From NCBI GenBank assembly GCA_035510575.1, contig DATKGV010000008.1, positions 4,618-68,617 of the forward strand: DNA of 64,000 nt. The letters run 5' to 3'. The position numbers were made by a program, and so were the translations under genes. Numbering within the stretch: the stretch's first letter is position 1; each line of letters opens with the position of its first letter. Source of the DNA: Minisyncoccota bacterium (GTDB taxonomy: Bacteria; Patescibacteriota; Minisyncoccia; Phycocordibacterales; UBA9973). The notes under the pieces are model-generated. The model was not told the DNA's origin, did no database searches, and saw nothing but the letters and a program-made list of their open reading frames with translations. This document shows, in pieces, positions 47,505-58,476 of this stretch.

Positions 47505-47508
47505 ATGA

Positions 47509-47546
47509 AATCCTGCTTGTATGCAAAGTACAAGCAGGATTTTTGT
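47509..47546 (+). terminator. Rho-independent terminator
   Basis: AAATCCTGCTTGTA...TACAAGCAGGATTTTTG. Perfect 12-bp stem plus T-run. Confidence 0.65.
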
Positions 47547-47711
47547 TTGCAAAAAACCTGCCAATATCGCCTCTTTATAAAAGTAAATATTTCTGCTATG
47601 CTTTGGCTATTAGCAGCCAATAACTAGCTACCCTTCAGACGGATAGAGTTGAAGCCGGAAAATTATCAGGTTTCAAAACTAGGGTCTGAAAAGTAGCTTA
47701 TAAAATACAAT

Positions 47712-49835
47712 ATGAACAGCAAAGAATATGAATTAGAAGTAGGCGGAAAGAAAATTACCGCAATTTTCAGCGATTTGGCGGATCAAGCCAATGGATCGGT
47801 AATGCTCAAATCGGAAGGAACAGTCGTTATGGCGACAGCCGTCATATCGAAAGACGGGGATTCAAATCCGGGATTTTTCAATCTGACAGTCGAGTATCTG
47901 GAGAAATTCTACGCGGCCGGAAAAATCCTCGGCAGCCAGTTTAATCACCGTGAAGGCAGGCCGAGCGATCAAGCGATACTGGCTGCCCGCATGACAGACA
48001 GAACTATACGACCGCTTTTTGATCATCATATAAAGAATGCGGTTCAAGTCATCATAACGGTCCTTGCCATAGGCAAAGCCGACCCGAAAACTCTCGGAGT
48101 TAATGCCGCATCAATAGCGCTTTATGTTTCGGACATACCATGGAATGGTCCAGTCGGAGCTGTTCATGTAAGCAAAACAAAAGCAGATGAAACTATTAAA
48201 ATAAATGATTACATACCGATCGCCGATGAGCCGGTGTATACGCTTGATCTGCTTGTGTGCGGAAAAGACCAAACAATCAATATGATAGAAGCCATGGCTT
48301 TTGAGCTGTCTGAAGAGGAAATGGGTAAGTGTTTTGAAGTCGCCGTTGCCGAGATAACAAAATGGGAAGATTTCCAGAAAAAACTTCGAGCTGAATTCGG
48401 CAAAGAAAAATTATTATTCCCTAAAGTTGAAACACCCGCTGAAATGCTTTCAATCTTCGATGAAAAAGTCAAACCGATGTTAGAGAGTGGATTATTCAGC
48501 AAAGACAGCAAAAAGATAACAAGTGAGGCCGAGGAACTTTGGAAAAATATTATTGACGGGAAATATGATCCTGATGATGACAAGGGCAGGTATGCCGCAG
48601 AAGATCACATGCGCCATTATTTAGATAAAGCATTTCATGATGCTGCGCTTATTAAAGGCATCCGCGCTGACGGACGCGCGCCTGATGAAATTCGGAAATT
48701 ATACGCCAAAGCCGGAGGTATCTCAGACACGTTGCATGGTTCCGGGATATTTTATCGCGGAGAGACGCATGTGCTTTCGGTTTTGACTCTTGCCGGCCCT
48801 GAAGCAATGCACACGATTGAAGGAATGGAATCATCTTGCAAGAAACGCTTCATGCATCATTATAACTTTCCTCCATATTCCAGCGGCGAGACCGGGCGGT
48901 TCGGCGGAATCAATCGCCGAGAAATGGGCCACGGCTTTCTGGCTGAAAAAGCGCTTACTCCAGTCATACCTGACAAAATTTTATTCCCTTATACTATCCG
49001 CGTCGTCTCGGAATCAGTCGCTTCTAATGGATCAACTTCTCAGGCATCAATCTGCGCATCAACTATCGCTCTTATGGATGGAGGAGTGCCTATTAAAAAT
49101 CCGGTAGCCGGAATATCAATCGGGCTTATGATTGATAAGGATGACAAGAATAAATACGTTCTTTTTTCAGATATTCAAGGGCCTGAAGATCATTATGGCG
49201 ATATGGATTTTAAAGTTGCCGGCACAAGAAACGGCATTACCGCCATACAGTTGGATATAAAAGTTGACGGCGTTTCCGTCATGATACTGAAAGACGCGCT
49301 AGAAAGAGCAAAGAGCGCCCGTCTTCAAATTCTCGAAGCTATCGCCAAAGAAATAGCAGGGCCGCGCGCAAATATTTCTTCAAATGCTCCGATGATTCTG
49401 ACAGTAAAAATCAAGAAAGACCAGATAGGAATGATTATCGGTCCCGGCGGCAAGAACATAAATGCTATACGGGAAGAAACCGGAACTGAAATCACAATAG
49501 AAGAAGACGGCACGGTATTTGTCACTGGCAAGAATGGAGGAGCGGAAAAAGCGGTAAAAATAATAGGAGAAATAACGCATGAATATAAAGTTGGCGACAC
49601 TGCGCAAGGGGAGGTTGTAAAACTTATGGATTTCGGCGCTTTCGTCCGCATCGGCCATGATACCGAGGGACTTGTGCATATTTCAGAAATTGCGCCGTTC
49701 CGAGTTGAGAAAGTTTCTGATATTCTTAAAGAAGGAGATAAAGTTCCAATTAAGATAATCAAGGTTGATGAGAAAGGCCGATTGAGTTTGTCAATAAAGG
49801 AAGCCGATATTAATTTCTTCAAGCCAAAAGCATAA
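47712..49835 (+). CDS. pnp: polynucleotide phosphorylase
   Basis: 707 aa with two RNase PH domains, a KH domain ('IGMIIGPGGKNINAIREETG') and a C-terminal S1 domain. Confidence 0.9.
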   Translation: MNSKEYELEVGGKKITAIFSDLADQANGSVMLKSEGTVVMATAVISKDGDSNPGFFNLTVEYLEKFYAAGKILGSQFNHREGRPSDQAILAARMTDRTIRPLFDHHIKNAVQVIITVLAIGKADPKTLGVNAASIALYVSDIPWNGPVGAVHVSKTKADETIKINDYIPIADEPVYTLDLLVCGKDQTINMIEAMAFELSEEEMGKCFEVAVAEITKWEDFQKKLRAEFGKEKLLFPKVETPAEMLSIFDEKVKPMLESGLFSKDSKKITSEAEELWKNIIDGKYDPDDDKGRYAAEDHMRHYLDKAFHDAALIKGIRADGRAPDEIRKLYAKAGGISDTLHGSGIFYRGETHVLSVLTLAGPEAMHTIEGMESSCKKRFMHHYNFPPYSSGETGRFGGINRREMGHGFLAEKALTPVIPDKILFPYTIRVVSESVASNGSTSQASICASTIALMDGGVPIKNPVAGISIGLMIDKDDKNKYVLFSDIQGPEDHYGDMDFKVAGTRNGITAIQLDIKVDGVSVMILKDALERAKSARLQILEAIAKEIAGPRANISSNAPMILTVKIKKDQIGMIIGPGGKNINAIREETGTEITIEEDGTVFVTGKNGGAEKAVKIIGEITHEYKVGDTAQGEVVKLMDFGAFVRIGHDTEGLVHISEIAPFRVEKVSDILKEGDKVPIKIIKVDEKGRLSLSIKEADINFFKPKA

Positions 49836-49858
49836 GGCATAAATTTGCTTGGACAAAT

Positions 49859-50752
49859 ATGGAAGAAAATAAGCCACAACCAAATAGCGCGGAAGGCCTG
49901 CAGGTTTTAAGGACATATTCATCGGATATGGCTGATGCTGTCCGCAATAATGAAATGTCTGTGATAAAAATAGCAATGGCCGAGCAAAAAAGGCATGAGA
50001 TGGAAAAAGTATATGAGGAAGAAAAAAAGATTAGTACTTCAAAAATACTTATGATAATTGGCGGGCTTATTTTGATTGTATCATCGATTGCCGGCTTGTA
50101 TTTCATATTTCAGAAAAAAAATGCCGATAATGCGGTGCAACAGGCAATTATAAAGCCAAATGCTCTTATTTCTTACGATGACCAGTCATATATTGACGTA
50201 ACAAACGTATCAAGCGGCGCAAATCTGGTAAACTTGATAAAATCTGAAGCGGCTAAACCGGAAAAGCAGGGCGCTATAAAATCGTTATTCTTGACGGCAA
50301 ATGCAAATGGGAGTACGGCATTGATCAAGTTAAGAGATTTTCTGTCTCTCATGGGAGTGACAGCGTCATCATCTCTTATTGATTCTTTCTCCGATAGATA
50401 TATGATAGGCACTTATACGCCGGCTGATAAGCCGCATTTGTTCCTGCTGTTCGAAATAAAAGATTATAATCAAGCCTATGCCGGAATGCTCGCTTGGGAA
50501 AGATCATTATTGAGCGATATGTTCCTGTTATTTCAAATCGACATCTCAGGTAGTAATAGCGGACTCTTAAATGCTTCGTGGAAAGATATTATCATAAATA
50601 ATAAGGACGCTCGCGTTTTATATGACCAGAATAATAATCCCTTGCTTTACTATATATTCATAGACAAAAATAACTTCGTCATTGCCGACAGCCAGGATAC
50701 TATAAAAGAAATAATTTCAAGATTATTGACTCAAAATACCAAGCCGTTATAA
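49859..50752 (+). CDS. membrane-anchored hypothetical protein
   Basis: Single TM 'ILMIIGGLILIVSSIAGLYFIF' after a roughly 60-aa cytoplasmic N-terminal region. Confidence 0.45.
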   Translation: MEENKPQPNSAEGLQVLRTYSSDMADAVRNNEMSVIKIAMAEQKRHEMEKVYEEEKKISTSKILMIIGGLILIVSSIAGLYFIFQKKNADNAVQQAIIKPNALISYDDQSYIDVTNVSSGANLVNLIKSEAAKPEKQGAIKSLFLTANANGSTALIKLRDFLSLMGVTASSSLIDSFSDRYMIGTYTPADKPHLFLLFEIKDYNQAYAGMLAWERSLLSDMFLLFQIDISGSNSGLLNASWKDIIINNKDARVLYDQNNNPLLYYIFIDKNNFVIADSQDTIKEIISRLLTQNTKPL

Positions 50753-50788
50753 TTTGTTATTTATTATAACAATGCTAATATATAAATT

Positions 50789-51148
50789 ATGAAAATAAAT
50801 ATAAATAAAACAAAGCTTGAAGAAGAAAAGCAATTATTGGAAAACGAACTTGGCGGATTGGGCCGCGTTGATAAGGATACCGATGAATGGGAAGCAGTTC
50901 CAGAAGAGCAGACAGCGCCTGAAGCCGATGAGAACGATCTGGCTGACAGATCGGAAGATTTCGAGGAACGATCAAGCACAATGACAGCTCTAGAAACTCG
51001 GCTGGAAGACATTAATCATGCTCTAGGTTCAATTGAGGATGGAACTTACGGCATCTGCGAAATTTGCGGAAAAAAAATAGAGGAAGATAGATTAGAAGTA
51101 AATCCTGCGGCGCGCACATGCAAGGAATGCATGGTAAAAGCAATTTAA
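50789..51148 (+). CDS. DksA/TraR-family C4 zinc-finger protein
   Basis: C-terminal 'CEICGKKIEEDRLEVNPAARTCKEC' four-Cys finger preceded by an acidic coiled coil. Confidence 0.65.
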   Translation: MKININKTKLEEEKQLLENELGGLGRVDKDTDEWEAVPEEQTAPEADENDLADRSEDFEERSSTMTALETRLEDINHALGSIEDGTYGICEICGKKIEEDRLEVNPAARTCKECMVKAI

Positions 51149-51155
51149 ATAAATT

Positions 51156-52724
51156 ATGTCATTTGCAAGAGTTTATTCTGCGCAGACACATTTAATAAAA
51201 GGAAAAATTGTCACGGTGGAAGTTGATATTACTAAGAACACCCTGCATGCTTTTACTCTTGTCGGGCTTCCTGATAAAGCCGTGGATGAGTCAAAAGACA
51301 GGATGAGCTCGGCGCTGAAAAATTCCGGATTTGCTTCTCCCAAGAATCAAAATCAAAAAATAGTCATATCTCTTTCGCCGGCTGATCTTAAAAAAGAAGG
51401 CCCCTATTTTGATTTAGCGATTGCTCTTGCATATCTGCTGTCGGCTGAGGAAATTGATTTTGATCCTAAAGACAGGGTATTTCTCGGAGAACTTTCGCTT
51501 AATGGCGAACTGCAGCCGATCAAAGGCGCCCTTCCTCTTGCAGAAGCGGCTAAAAAACTTGGATTTAAGGAAATTTATCTGCCGATCATGAACGCCAAAG
51601 AAGCGGCGCTGGTGGACGGCATAACTATTTACGGAGCAAAGACATTAAAAGAAGTCATTGATCATATTTATAAGATAAAATACGACAAAAAAGGAAATCC
51701 TTTAGAACAGGAAAAGCCGAAATTAAAACCTCAGCCAAAAACAATAATAGAATACGCCAAGAAAAATCCTGAAATAGATTTCTCCGATATCCGCGGACAG
51801 GAAGCTGCCAAGCGCGGTTTGGAAATCGCGGCATCGGGAGGGCACAACATAGCGATGTCAGGACCGCCCGGTACCGGCAAGACAATGCTTGCCCGCGTTT
51901 TTTCAAATATACTTCCAGAGCTGAAAAAAGACGATGTGCTGGAAATTACCGGCATTCATTCTGTGGTCGGGCAACTGGACGGCGAACTTGTCACAGAACC
52001 GCCGTTTCGAGCGCCGCATCATACCGCAAGCTATGTCTCTATGATTGGCGGAGGATCCATTCCCAAGCCCGGAGAAGTGACTTTGGCTCACAAAGGAGTA
52101 TTGTTCCTGGATGAATTTCCCGAATTTGAAAAGAGAGTTCTTGAATCGCTGCGTCAGCCGCTTGAAGATAATTTCGTGTCAATTTCCCGAGCCAAAGAAT
52201 CCGCAATATTTCCATCAAATTTCATATTAGTAGCCGCTATGAATCCGTGTCCCTGCGGAAATCGCGGCAACAAGCAGAAAACTTGCATCTGCAAGCCGAG
52301 CGATTTGGACAAATATCAAAGAAAATTATCAGGCCCGATAATGGACCGCATCGACATTTGGGTGACAGTCGGCGCTGTTGATTATGATAAGCTTTCAAAT
52401 ATGGAACAAGTTGGGGATAAGACATTTAATATAAAAGATAGAGTAAAAATGGCTCGTGATATACAGGCAAAAAGATTCAAGAATGCAGCCAGAAAAATAA
52501 GCTCAAATAGCGAAATGAACGTCAAGGAACTGGGCATATATGCCCCGCTAACGCCTGAAATAAAACAATTATTGAATCAAAGCGCGGAGAAGCTTCAATT
52601 ATCAGCCCGCGCCTATCACAGAGTTATAAAATTGGCGCGCACGATTGCTGATCTTGAAGGAAGCGAAAATATAAATCAACCTCATATTCTTGAGGCCTTG
52701 CAATACAGGCCTAGGGTAAATTAA
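51156..52724 (+). CDS. comM: YifB/ComM-family Mg-chelatase-like AAA+ ATPase
   Basis: N-terminal Lon-like domain, Walker A 'GPPGTGKTM', Walker B 'VLFLDEFPEF' and a C-terminal chelatase subunit ChlI-like region. Confidence 0.75.
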   Translation: MSFARVYSAQTHLIKGKIVTVEVDITKNTLHAFTLVGLPDKAVDESKDRMSSALKNSGFASPKNQNQKIVISLSPADLKKEGPYFDLAIALAYLLSAEEIDFDPKDRVFLGELSLNGELQPIKGALPLAEAAKKLGFKEIYLPIMNAKEAALVDGITIYGAKTLKEVIDHIYKIKYDKKGNPLEQEKPKLKPQPKTIIEYAKKNPEIDFSDIRGQEAAKRGLEIAASGGHNIAMSGPPGTGKTMLARVFSNILPELKKDDVLEITGIHSVVGQLDGELVTEPPFRAPHHTASYVSMIGGGSIPKPGEVTLAHKGVLFLDEFPEFEKRVLESLRQPLEDNFVSISRAKESAIFPSNFILVAAMNPCPCGNRGNKQKTCICKPSDLDKYQRKLSGPIMDRIDIWVTVGAVDYDKLSNMEQVGDKTFNIKDRVKMARDIQAKRFKNAARKISSNSEMNVKELGIYAPLTPEIKQLLNQSAEKLQLSARAYHRVIKLARTIADLEGSENINQPHILEALQYRPRVN

Positions 52725-52762
52725 CATAATAAAAAATATCGAACCATATGGTTCGATATTTT

Positions 52763-53038
52763 TTATGCTTTCTTCTTTATTACAGTTTTCTTTTTTGCGG
52801 TTACTTTTTTGGCTGAGTGGGGAGCATTGTCAAGAGTGATAAGCGGGGGATTGATGATGAGTTTCTCAGCAACTTTTTTCTTTTTTACAGTTTTCTTTTT
52901 TTTAACTGCTACTTTTTTAGTTACCGATTTTACGGCTGAAACAGCCGTACTGGATGAACTTGTTGCGGCAAAACTGCTTATTGGATAACCAACAAATAAA
53001 GATATAATTATTAATACTGGAATAATTTTTTTAATCAT
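52763..53038 (-). CDS. small secreted Lys-rich protein
   Basis: Signal peptide followed by a KKKxxVKKKK low-complexity region. Confidence 0.35.
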   Translation of the reverse strand: MIKKIIPVLIIISLFVGYPISSFAATSSSSTAVSAVKSVTKKVAVKKKKTVKKKKVAEKLIINPPLITLDNAPHSAKKVTAKKKTVIKKKA

Positions 53039-54173
53039 TGATCATTAAATCAGTGCTGTTAATTTTCAGTCCCACATAAGGGTTGCCAAGAGTGCCATGG
53101 AATCCGATATGAACATGAGGCCCGGTAGAATGACCAGTAGAACCAACATAGCCTATTATATCGCCTTGCTTGACGATATCGCCGGCCTTTGCTGCAACTT
53201 TACTCATATGGCCGAAAATGGCTTGGCGCCCGTCATTAAAGTTTATAACCACATATAATCCGTAACCGCCGTTATATCCGGTTGAATGAGCAATTAAGAC
53301 GATACCGCTTTGGACCGCGTATATGGGCGTGCCCTTTGGAGCAGCGAAGTCATATGCCTGGTCGGCATGCAATCCTTGAGAAATTCGTCCAACTCCTTCC
53401 GGGAATGGCCATATATACCCGCCTACTACTGTGCCTGTCGGTTGACCGGTTGGTGTTGCAGGTTCTGCTGCAGGTGTAACATTTGTTGTCGTATCAACAG
53501 TAGGTGCTGGTGCTGGCACTGGTGCTGGTGCTGGTGCTTGCAATTGATCAACTTCATCGGCAGGTTTGTTTGTATTTGTCTGGATTTGTTCTGAAGAAGA
53601 AACATCTGTTTTTTCGTCTTCTTTTTTAATAACCGGCTTTGGCATGTCGTCTTTGACAGGCAAGATAACAAGAGTTTGACCTATTTTGAGAGTATCTTTA
53701 TCCTCTAAGTCAGCGTTAGAGTAAAAGATAGTGTCTTTTGATATTTTAAATTTCTTGGCTATGCTTTCAAGAGTGTCGCCTTCTTTGACGATATAAACGT
53801 TAATTTTTGCAGATGAAGCGTATTTTTCCAAATCGTTGGCTGGTCCGAGAGACCCATTATTGGAAAGAAGCGTTCCATCTTCAACTACTGCCGTATTATC
53901 TTGCGTATTATTGATATTTTTCATGTCTGGATCAATAGACGATTCAGGAAGAGGTATGGTTTGGGAATTATAGACGACATTGTCATTGGCAGAAGTTGCT
54001 GCAGCCGGCTGATCTGCTTGAGCAGTTTGGCTTTTTCCAAGAATCCCCGATACTAAATCAGAAAAAAATCCGGCATTTGCCTGTGTTGGAATGCCAATTA
54101 TTGGTATTAAAACCAGCAACAGAAAAAAGACCTTGACAATATGAGCCTTGATAAATAAGGATATTTTCATCAA
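53031..54173 (-). CDS. LysM-domain M23-family metallopeptidase
   Basis: LysM 'YIVKEGDTLESIAKKF', (PA)n linker, and M23 catalytic 'HSTGYNGGYGLYV...GSTGHSTGPHVHIGF'. Confidence 0.75.
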   Translation of the reverse strand: MMKISLFIKAHIVKVFFLLLVLIPIIGIPTQANAGFFSDLVSGILGKSQTAQADQPAAATSANDNVVYNSQTIPLPESSIDPDMKNINNTQDNTAVVEDGTLLSNNGSLGPANDLEKYASSAKINVYIVKEGDTLESIAKKFKISKDTIFYSNADLEDKDTLKIGQTLVILPVKDDMPKPVIKKEDEKTDVSSSEQIQTNTNKPADEVDQLQAPAPAPVPAPAPTVDTTTNVTPAAEPATPTGQPTGTVVGGYIWPFPEGVGRISQGLHADQAYDFAAPKGTPIYAVQSGIVLIAHSTGYNGGYGLYVVINFNDGRQAIFGHMSKVAAKAGDIVKQGDIIGYVGSTGHSTGPHVHIGFHGTLGNPYVGLKINSTDLMIND

Positions 54174-54618
54174 ACGACCATTTTGATCATCAAAATTGTC
54201 GTTTGAATCTTTTATTTTGAGTAAAATAAGCCTAAATTAAATAATCACACCACATTGCCCCCAAACAGGAACTACAGTACGACCGCAAAAGCGAGGGCTG
54301 TAATCATATAAGCAACGCGAGTGATTGTTACAATCATCTCAGAAATGCTGTAAAATAAAGGTTTTTTCTGATAAATCAGTACAAGAGGGCCCTATACCAT
54401 TGAACCCTGCCTATAAGGGTAGCCCATGTGAAAGCATTAGTCAATAAAGTAATCCACAGTTTAGATTCCCCTCTTCTAGGGTGGATTTTGTAATCAAAAG
54501 ACGGGGTGGAATAAATTAAATGCATCCACCTCCCCCGCATTAGCGGGTACTCCTCAAGAGGAGAATAAACCAGAACATAAAATTAAATTTTTGACAAGAA
54601 GAGGGGTATTGTTGTATA
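54174..54618 (+). ncRNA. 445-nt non-coding, hairpin-rich region (candidate structured RNA or long 5' leader of the giant ORF). Identity unknown.
   Basis: No ORF in a compact genome. Three consecutive stem-loops at 54503-54570 (GGTGGA..TCCACC, CCCGC-ATTA-GCGGG, CTCCTC-AA-GAGGAG) immediately before the 54619 start codon. Confidence 0.3.
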
Positions 54619-57600
54619 ATGGCAGGTATGACAAATGAAGTTCCCCCAAAAACTAAAAATAAAGAAATTGCACACGCAGATAAAGTTAATGCCCGCATAG
54701 AAGAAGTCAAAAAAAGACAAGTAGAACTTGCTGAATTAATTAAATCGCCAAACAACAAGATGGCTATAGAAGAAAATAATGAGCTTGTAAAAGAGGCGTT
54801 ATCGCTTGATAAAGAATCAAATATAATAAAAACAGAATCTCTAGAAAAAACAAATAAAAAAGCATATGAAATATATGAGAAGAGAAAAAGAGAGGGAAGA
54901 GAGGGCAATGAAAAGACAGATTGGGAACAAGCTGAAAAAGAATTAAATGCAGATAACGAAAAAAAGACGGGGAAAATTAAAGAAAACATAAATTTTGACC
55001 TCAATAAAAAAGATGAAGAGAAAAATAAGAAAATTCTTGATAACAAATTAGTACAGGCAGGATTAAGTAAAGATGATTTTAAAAATATTCCAGAGTGGAA
55101 TGATCTTTCGGCTGGACAAAAAATGCTCGTGGTTGAACAGGCCTCTCAAGATACTCTTTCGCGTGTGAGAGAAATAGGAGAAAAGAATTTTCAAGAGAAA
55201 AATAAGCTTTCAATAAAAGATCCAAAAACATTGCCCAAAAAGATTCTTCATCGTTTATTTAAAAAAGTTTGGATTAGCAAGGAAGAAAAAAGCGTTATTG
55301 AGGATGTGCGAAACGGCAAAATAAAACCAGATGAAGAAAAATTAAAACAGTTGGCGGAAAGAACTGCTGATATGGATTTAAATGCCACTATCAAAGATGG
55401 CAAGGCAAGTGTTGAATTCATACCAATCGATAAAAGTTTATCAAAAGAACAGCAGGAAGTTGTTGAAAATTACAATAAACTTGCAAATGAATTCTCTAAA
55501 ATGCCTGACTCTTGGAAGAATGAGAAAGCTGCAGCAAGCAAGAAAAGTAATTTATTTAATAAAAATAAGTCAGAACATTACGACAAATATAAAAATATAG
55601 AATTACAATATAATGAAGCGCTTAAAACATTACTTGAATTGAAGGCAAAGAACTACGATCCAAACACTATGATTCAAACTTCAAATGGCGTATATGAAGA
55701 ATCACAAAAAGTTGCAAAAGAAAAAGCCATGCTTGAAATGAAAGATAGCGATTTTAATGTAGCCATGCTTCAATTCACAAATACTAATCCAGATGCCATA
55801 GAAGAATTAAATAAAATACGAAATGAAAGTTCATGGGGAAGATTGGTAAATAATGAAACCATCTGGCGAGGATTATATATGGGTATCGGCTATGGCGCAC
55901 GCAAGGGATTAACATATTCTTTTGGATTGCTTGCAGCGCCAATTGTCGCTGGAACTATTGGAGGAATTCGCGCTCGTGAGAAAGCCAAGCAAAAAATAAA
56001 TACGGCGTTCATGGAAGGACGCAATGAAGAAACATTTTTAGAAAGAAAAGAAGCGGGCAAAAAAGGAGCAGTTGATGATAAAAATAAAAATACTGGAATT
56101 ATTTCAAAAGTGTTTAGCGGTCAAAAAATAAATACCAAAGAAGTTGCCGCTTTTGTGGATGCTGACAGTCAGATGCAAAGATTGAATAATATAAAGCAAA
56201 AATTAGAAAAAGTTAGTTCGAAAGAAGAAAGATTTAGATTAAATTCTGAACTTTACCATCGCTTGAGTTTTGTTGAAGAAAAACTTCAAAAGGGTCTGAT
56301 AAATTATGGAACAAAGAATGCTATTGGCAAGAATTATGAGCTGTTAAAAATTTTAGGTGAAACGTCAATACAAATCGCAGAACCTTCTCCAGATTTAATA
56401 AAAGAAGATAATAGGCGCCATGAATTGCTCCAAAAAATAATGAAAGATAATGAAGCTAAGCTGGGAAGCAAGCAAGCTATCATTAAGAATCAAGAAATGC
56501 TGCGAGGCATGGCAGTCAGCGCAGGATTTGCAACTCTTGGATTTTATATTCGTGAATTTATGCATCATGGCGCACCGACTATAGGCGCTCATGCTGGTGC
56601 AATTAACGCGCATATTGAAAACGGCCACTTGATAAAAAATATTGATGCAACGCAGGCGGATAAGCCATTGAATGAAGCAATGATGAAAAACTATTTCCCG
56701 AATACGAAGCTCGATAATGAGTTGCATGAAAATATTTTAAATCCTGATGCAGTTGTCCATAAAGGCGAAGGAATAGAAAGCACATTCATCAGGCAGATTC
56801 AAAATAATCATGAATTGGCAAAATCTCTCGGATTCAAGGGAGATGCAAATGATGCAAATGCATTACATGAATTTGCCGGACGCGAAGCGCATATTTTGGC
56901 GATAAAAGAAGGATATGTAGGAAGTGATGGACAAGAAATAAGAGTTGCAGATGCAGACAAAGTGGCTTATGAAATAAAAATGGAAAATGGGCATGCGGTC
57001 ATTAATGAGAAAACCGTCGATGGGAAAATAGTTGAAACGCATCATGAAGGAGATAAATTTGAAGCGACAAAAGCAAATAAATATGAGAGAGTTCATACAA
57101 ATGAAATAAAAAAAGTTGAAGTAGAAAATGAAAATAATGAAAATATAGATAGTACGAAAACAGAAGAGGTAACGGAACCTAAGCCAATATCAAAAAATAT
57201 AAGCGGCTACGATTTCAGCAATAAGGAAAAAGCAATTGCCGACTTTGATGATGTGAGCGAGGAAACAAAAGGCACTTACGCGGAGGATTTGATGAAAGTT
57301 AACGATGATCCGACGGAGCAGAATGATGTGGGCAAGGCCCTGATTGCTTTGCGTGAGACAGTTAAAGCAAACACTGGCAAATTGATTAATCCAAATCCTG
57401 ATGAAAGCTTGCATGATTACGTCCATAGATTGATGAACGCCGATTCAAATGCGCCGACAGAAAAAATAGGCAGGCCGAATTTTGAAAAGATGGAATCAAT
57501 ACCTGCAAAAAATGTCGGGGTAGAACATGCGCAGACAGCACAGCCAAAAATTAGGCAAGTTGAAGATAATTATATTAAAAATGATTCAAGCATAAATAAG

Positions 57601-58455
57601 ACGCCCACTAATATTGATGGAAAAACGACACTTTCGGCATCAGAAGCAAATAGATTTTCTGATTTGGCTAGAGAAAATAAAATTCTTGATGCACATATAA
57701 AAGAAGATAATCCGTTCAAAGGAGAAACTTTTGCGTCTGATTCTACACATTATAGGCAAGTCGGCTTTGGTGAAAGCAAGGATCTTGAAATTGCAAGAAA
57801 AATTGCCAATACTGATTACAGAGCAAAGATTGCCATGGAAAGCGGCGTAATTAAATTAGGAGCATCAAATGATATGGAATTGCATGACCTTAAAGAAGTA
57901 GTCATGCAAGACAAAACAACTGGTTTGTATCATGTTTATCATGCAGTTGAAGTTGATAAACCTGCATCGTCAGTTAGTGGTACTGAACATATCGCCGTTG
58001 TTGAGAATAAAGCTAATATACATGAAAATAATTATGAAAAATTTCATAAAGCATTTCCGAATAGCGAGCAGGTGCATGGCATGCCTCGCGCAGAATATGA
58101 CAGCAAGGTTGAAAATTATCTAAAGAGTAAAGGAATAACATGGGCAGATGATGCTAAACGAGATACAGATTTATGGCTATGGGAAAAATTTGGAAAAGTG
58201 GATCCAATGCAGAGTCCGGATGAGAATCCGCTCTGGCAATTGGCAAAAAACAGCAGAGACCCTTCTGCTCTGGACTTAATGGAAGTTGGAAAAGATGAAG
58301 GAAATAAATACAGAGTTGGACAGGAACTTGTAAAGCTCTTTAATCTTGTTAAAGTTCAGACAGGAGAAGAAATATATCCGAATATAAGCCCGGTTGAAAC
58401 TCCTAATGAATACGTTTATCGTTTGATAGAAGCGCTTGAAAGAAAAAACTCTTAA
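54619..58455 (+). CDS. giant (1278 aa) Lys/Glu-rich coiled-coil protein with two central hydrophobic helices. Unknown function.
   Basis: Long uninterrupted ORF with strong AT-rich codon usage consistent with the genome. Predicted TM segments around residues 420-450 and 640-660. Confidence 0.55.
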   Translation: MAGMTNEVPPKTKNKEIAHADKVNARIEEVKKRQVELAELIKSPNNKMAIEENNELVKEALSLDKESNIIKTESLEKTNKKAYEIYEKRKREGREGNEKTDWEQAEKELNADNEKKTGKIKENINFDLNKKDEEKNKKILDNKLVQAGLSKDDFKNIPEWNDLSAGQKMLVVEQASQDTLSRVREIGEKNFQEKNKLSIKDPKTLPKKILHRLFKKVWISKEEKSVIEDVRNGKIKPDEEKLKQLAERTADMDLNATIKDGKASVEFIPIDKSLSKEQQEVVENYNKLANEFSKMPDSWKNEKAAASKKSNLFNKNKSEHYDKYKNIELQYNEALKTLLELKAKNYDPNTMIQTSNGVYEESQKVAKEKAMLEMKDSDFNVAMLQFTNTNPDAIEELNKIRNESSWGRLVNNETIWRGLYMGIGYGARKGLTYSFGLLAAPIVAGTIGGIRAREKAKQKINTAFMEGRNEETFLERKEAGKKGAVDDKNKNTGIISKVFSGQKINTKEVAAFVDADSQMQRLNNIKQKLEKVSSKEERFRLNSELYHRLSFVEEKLQKGLINYGTKNAIGKNYELLKILGETSIQIAEPSPDLIKEDNRRHELLQKIMKDNEAKLGSKQAIIKNQEMLRGMAVSAGFATLGFYIREFMHHGAPTIGAHAGAINAHIENGHLIKNIDATQADKPLNEAMMKNYFPNTKLDNELHENILNPDAVVHKGEGIESTFIRQIQNNHELAKSLGFKGDANDANALHEFAGREAHILAIKEGYVGSDGQEIRVADADKVAYEIKMENGHAVINEKTVDGKIVETHHEGDKFEATKANKYERVHTNEIKKVEVENENNENIDSTKTEEVTEPKPISKNISGYDFSNKEKAIADFDDVSEETKGTYAEDLMKVNDDPTEQNDVGKALIALRETVKANTGKLINPNPDESLHDYVHRLMNADSNAPTEKIGRPNFEKMESIPAKNVGVEHAQTAQPKIRQVEDNYIKNDSSINKTPTNIDGKTTLSASEANRFSDLARENKILDAHIKEDNPFKGETFASDSTHYRQVGFGESKDLEIARKIANTDYRAKIAMESGVIKLGASNDMELHDLKEVVMQDKTTGLYHVYHAVEVDKPASSVSGTEHIAVVENKANIHENNYEKFHKAFPNSEQVHGMPRAEYDSKVENYLKSKGITWADDAKRDTDLWLWEKFGKVDPMQSPDENPLWQLAKNSRDPSALDLMEVGKDEGNKYRVGQELVKLFNLVKVQTGEEIYPNISPVETPNEYVYRLIEALERKNS

Positions 58456-58476
58456 ATTTTGAATTGGATAATAATA

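Noticed and set aside
54174-54618. tmRNA, RNase P RNA or SRP RNA in the long ORF-free region
   Set aside because: I could not find the tmRNA tRNA-like ends or a tag ORF ending in ...AA*, the RNase P P4 'GGAAAGTCCGGGC', or the SRP 'AGGAAGCAGC' motif on either strand. It is kept only as an unassigned structured candidate.
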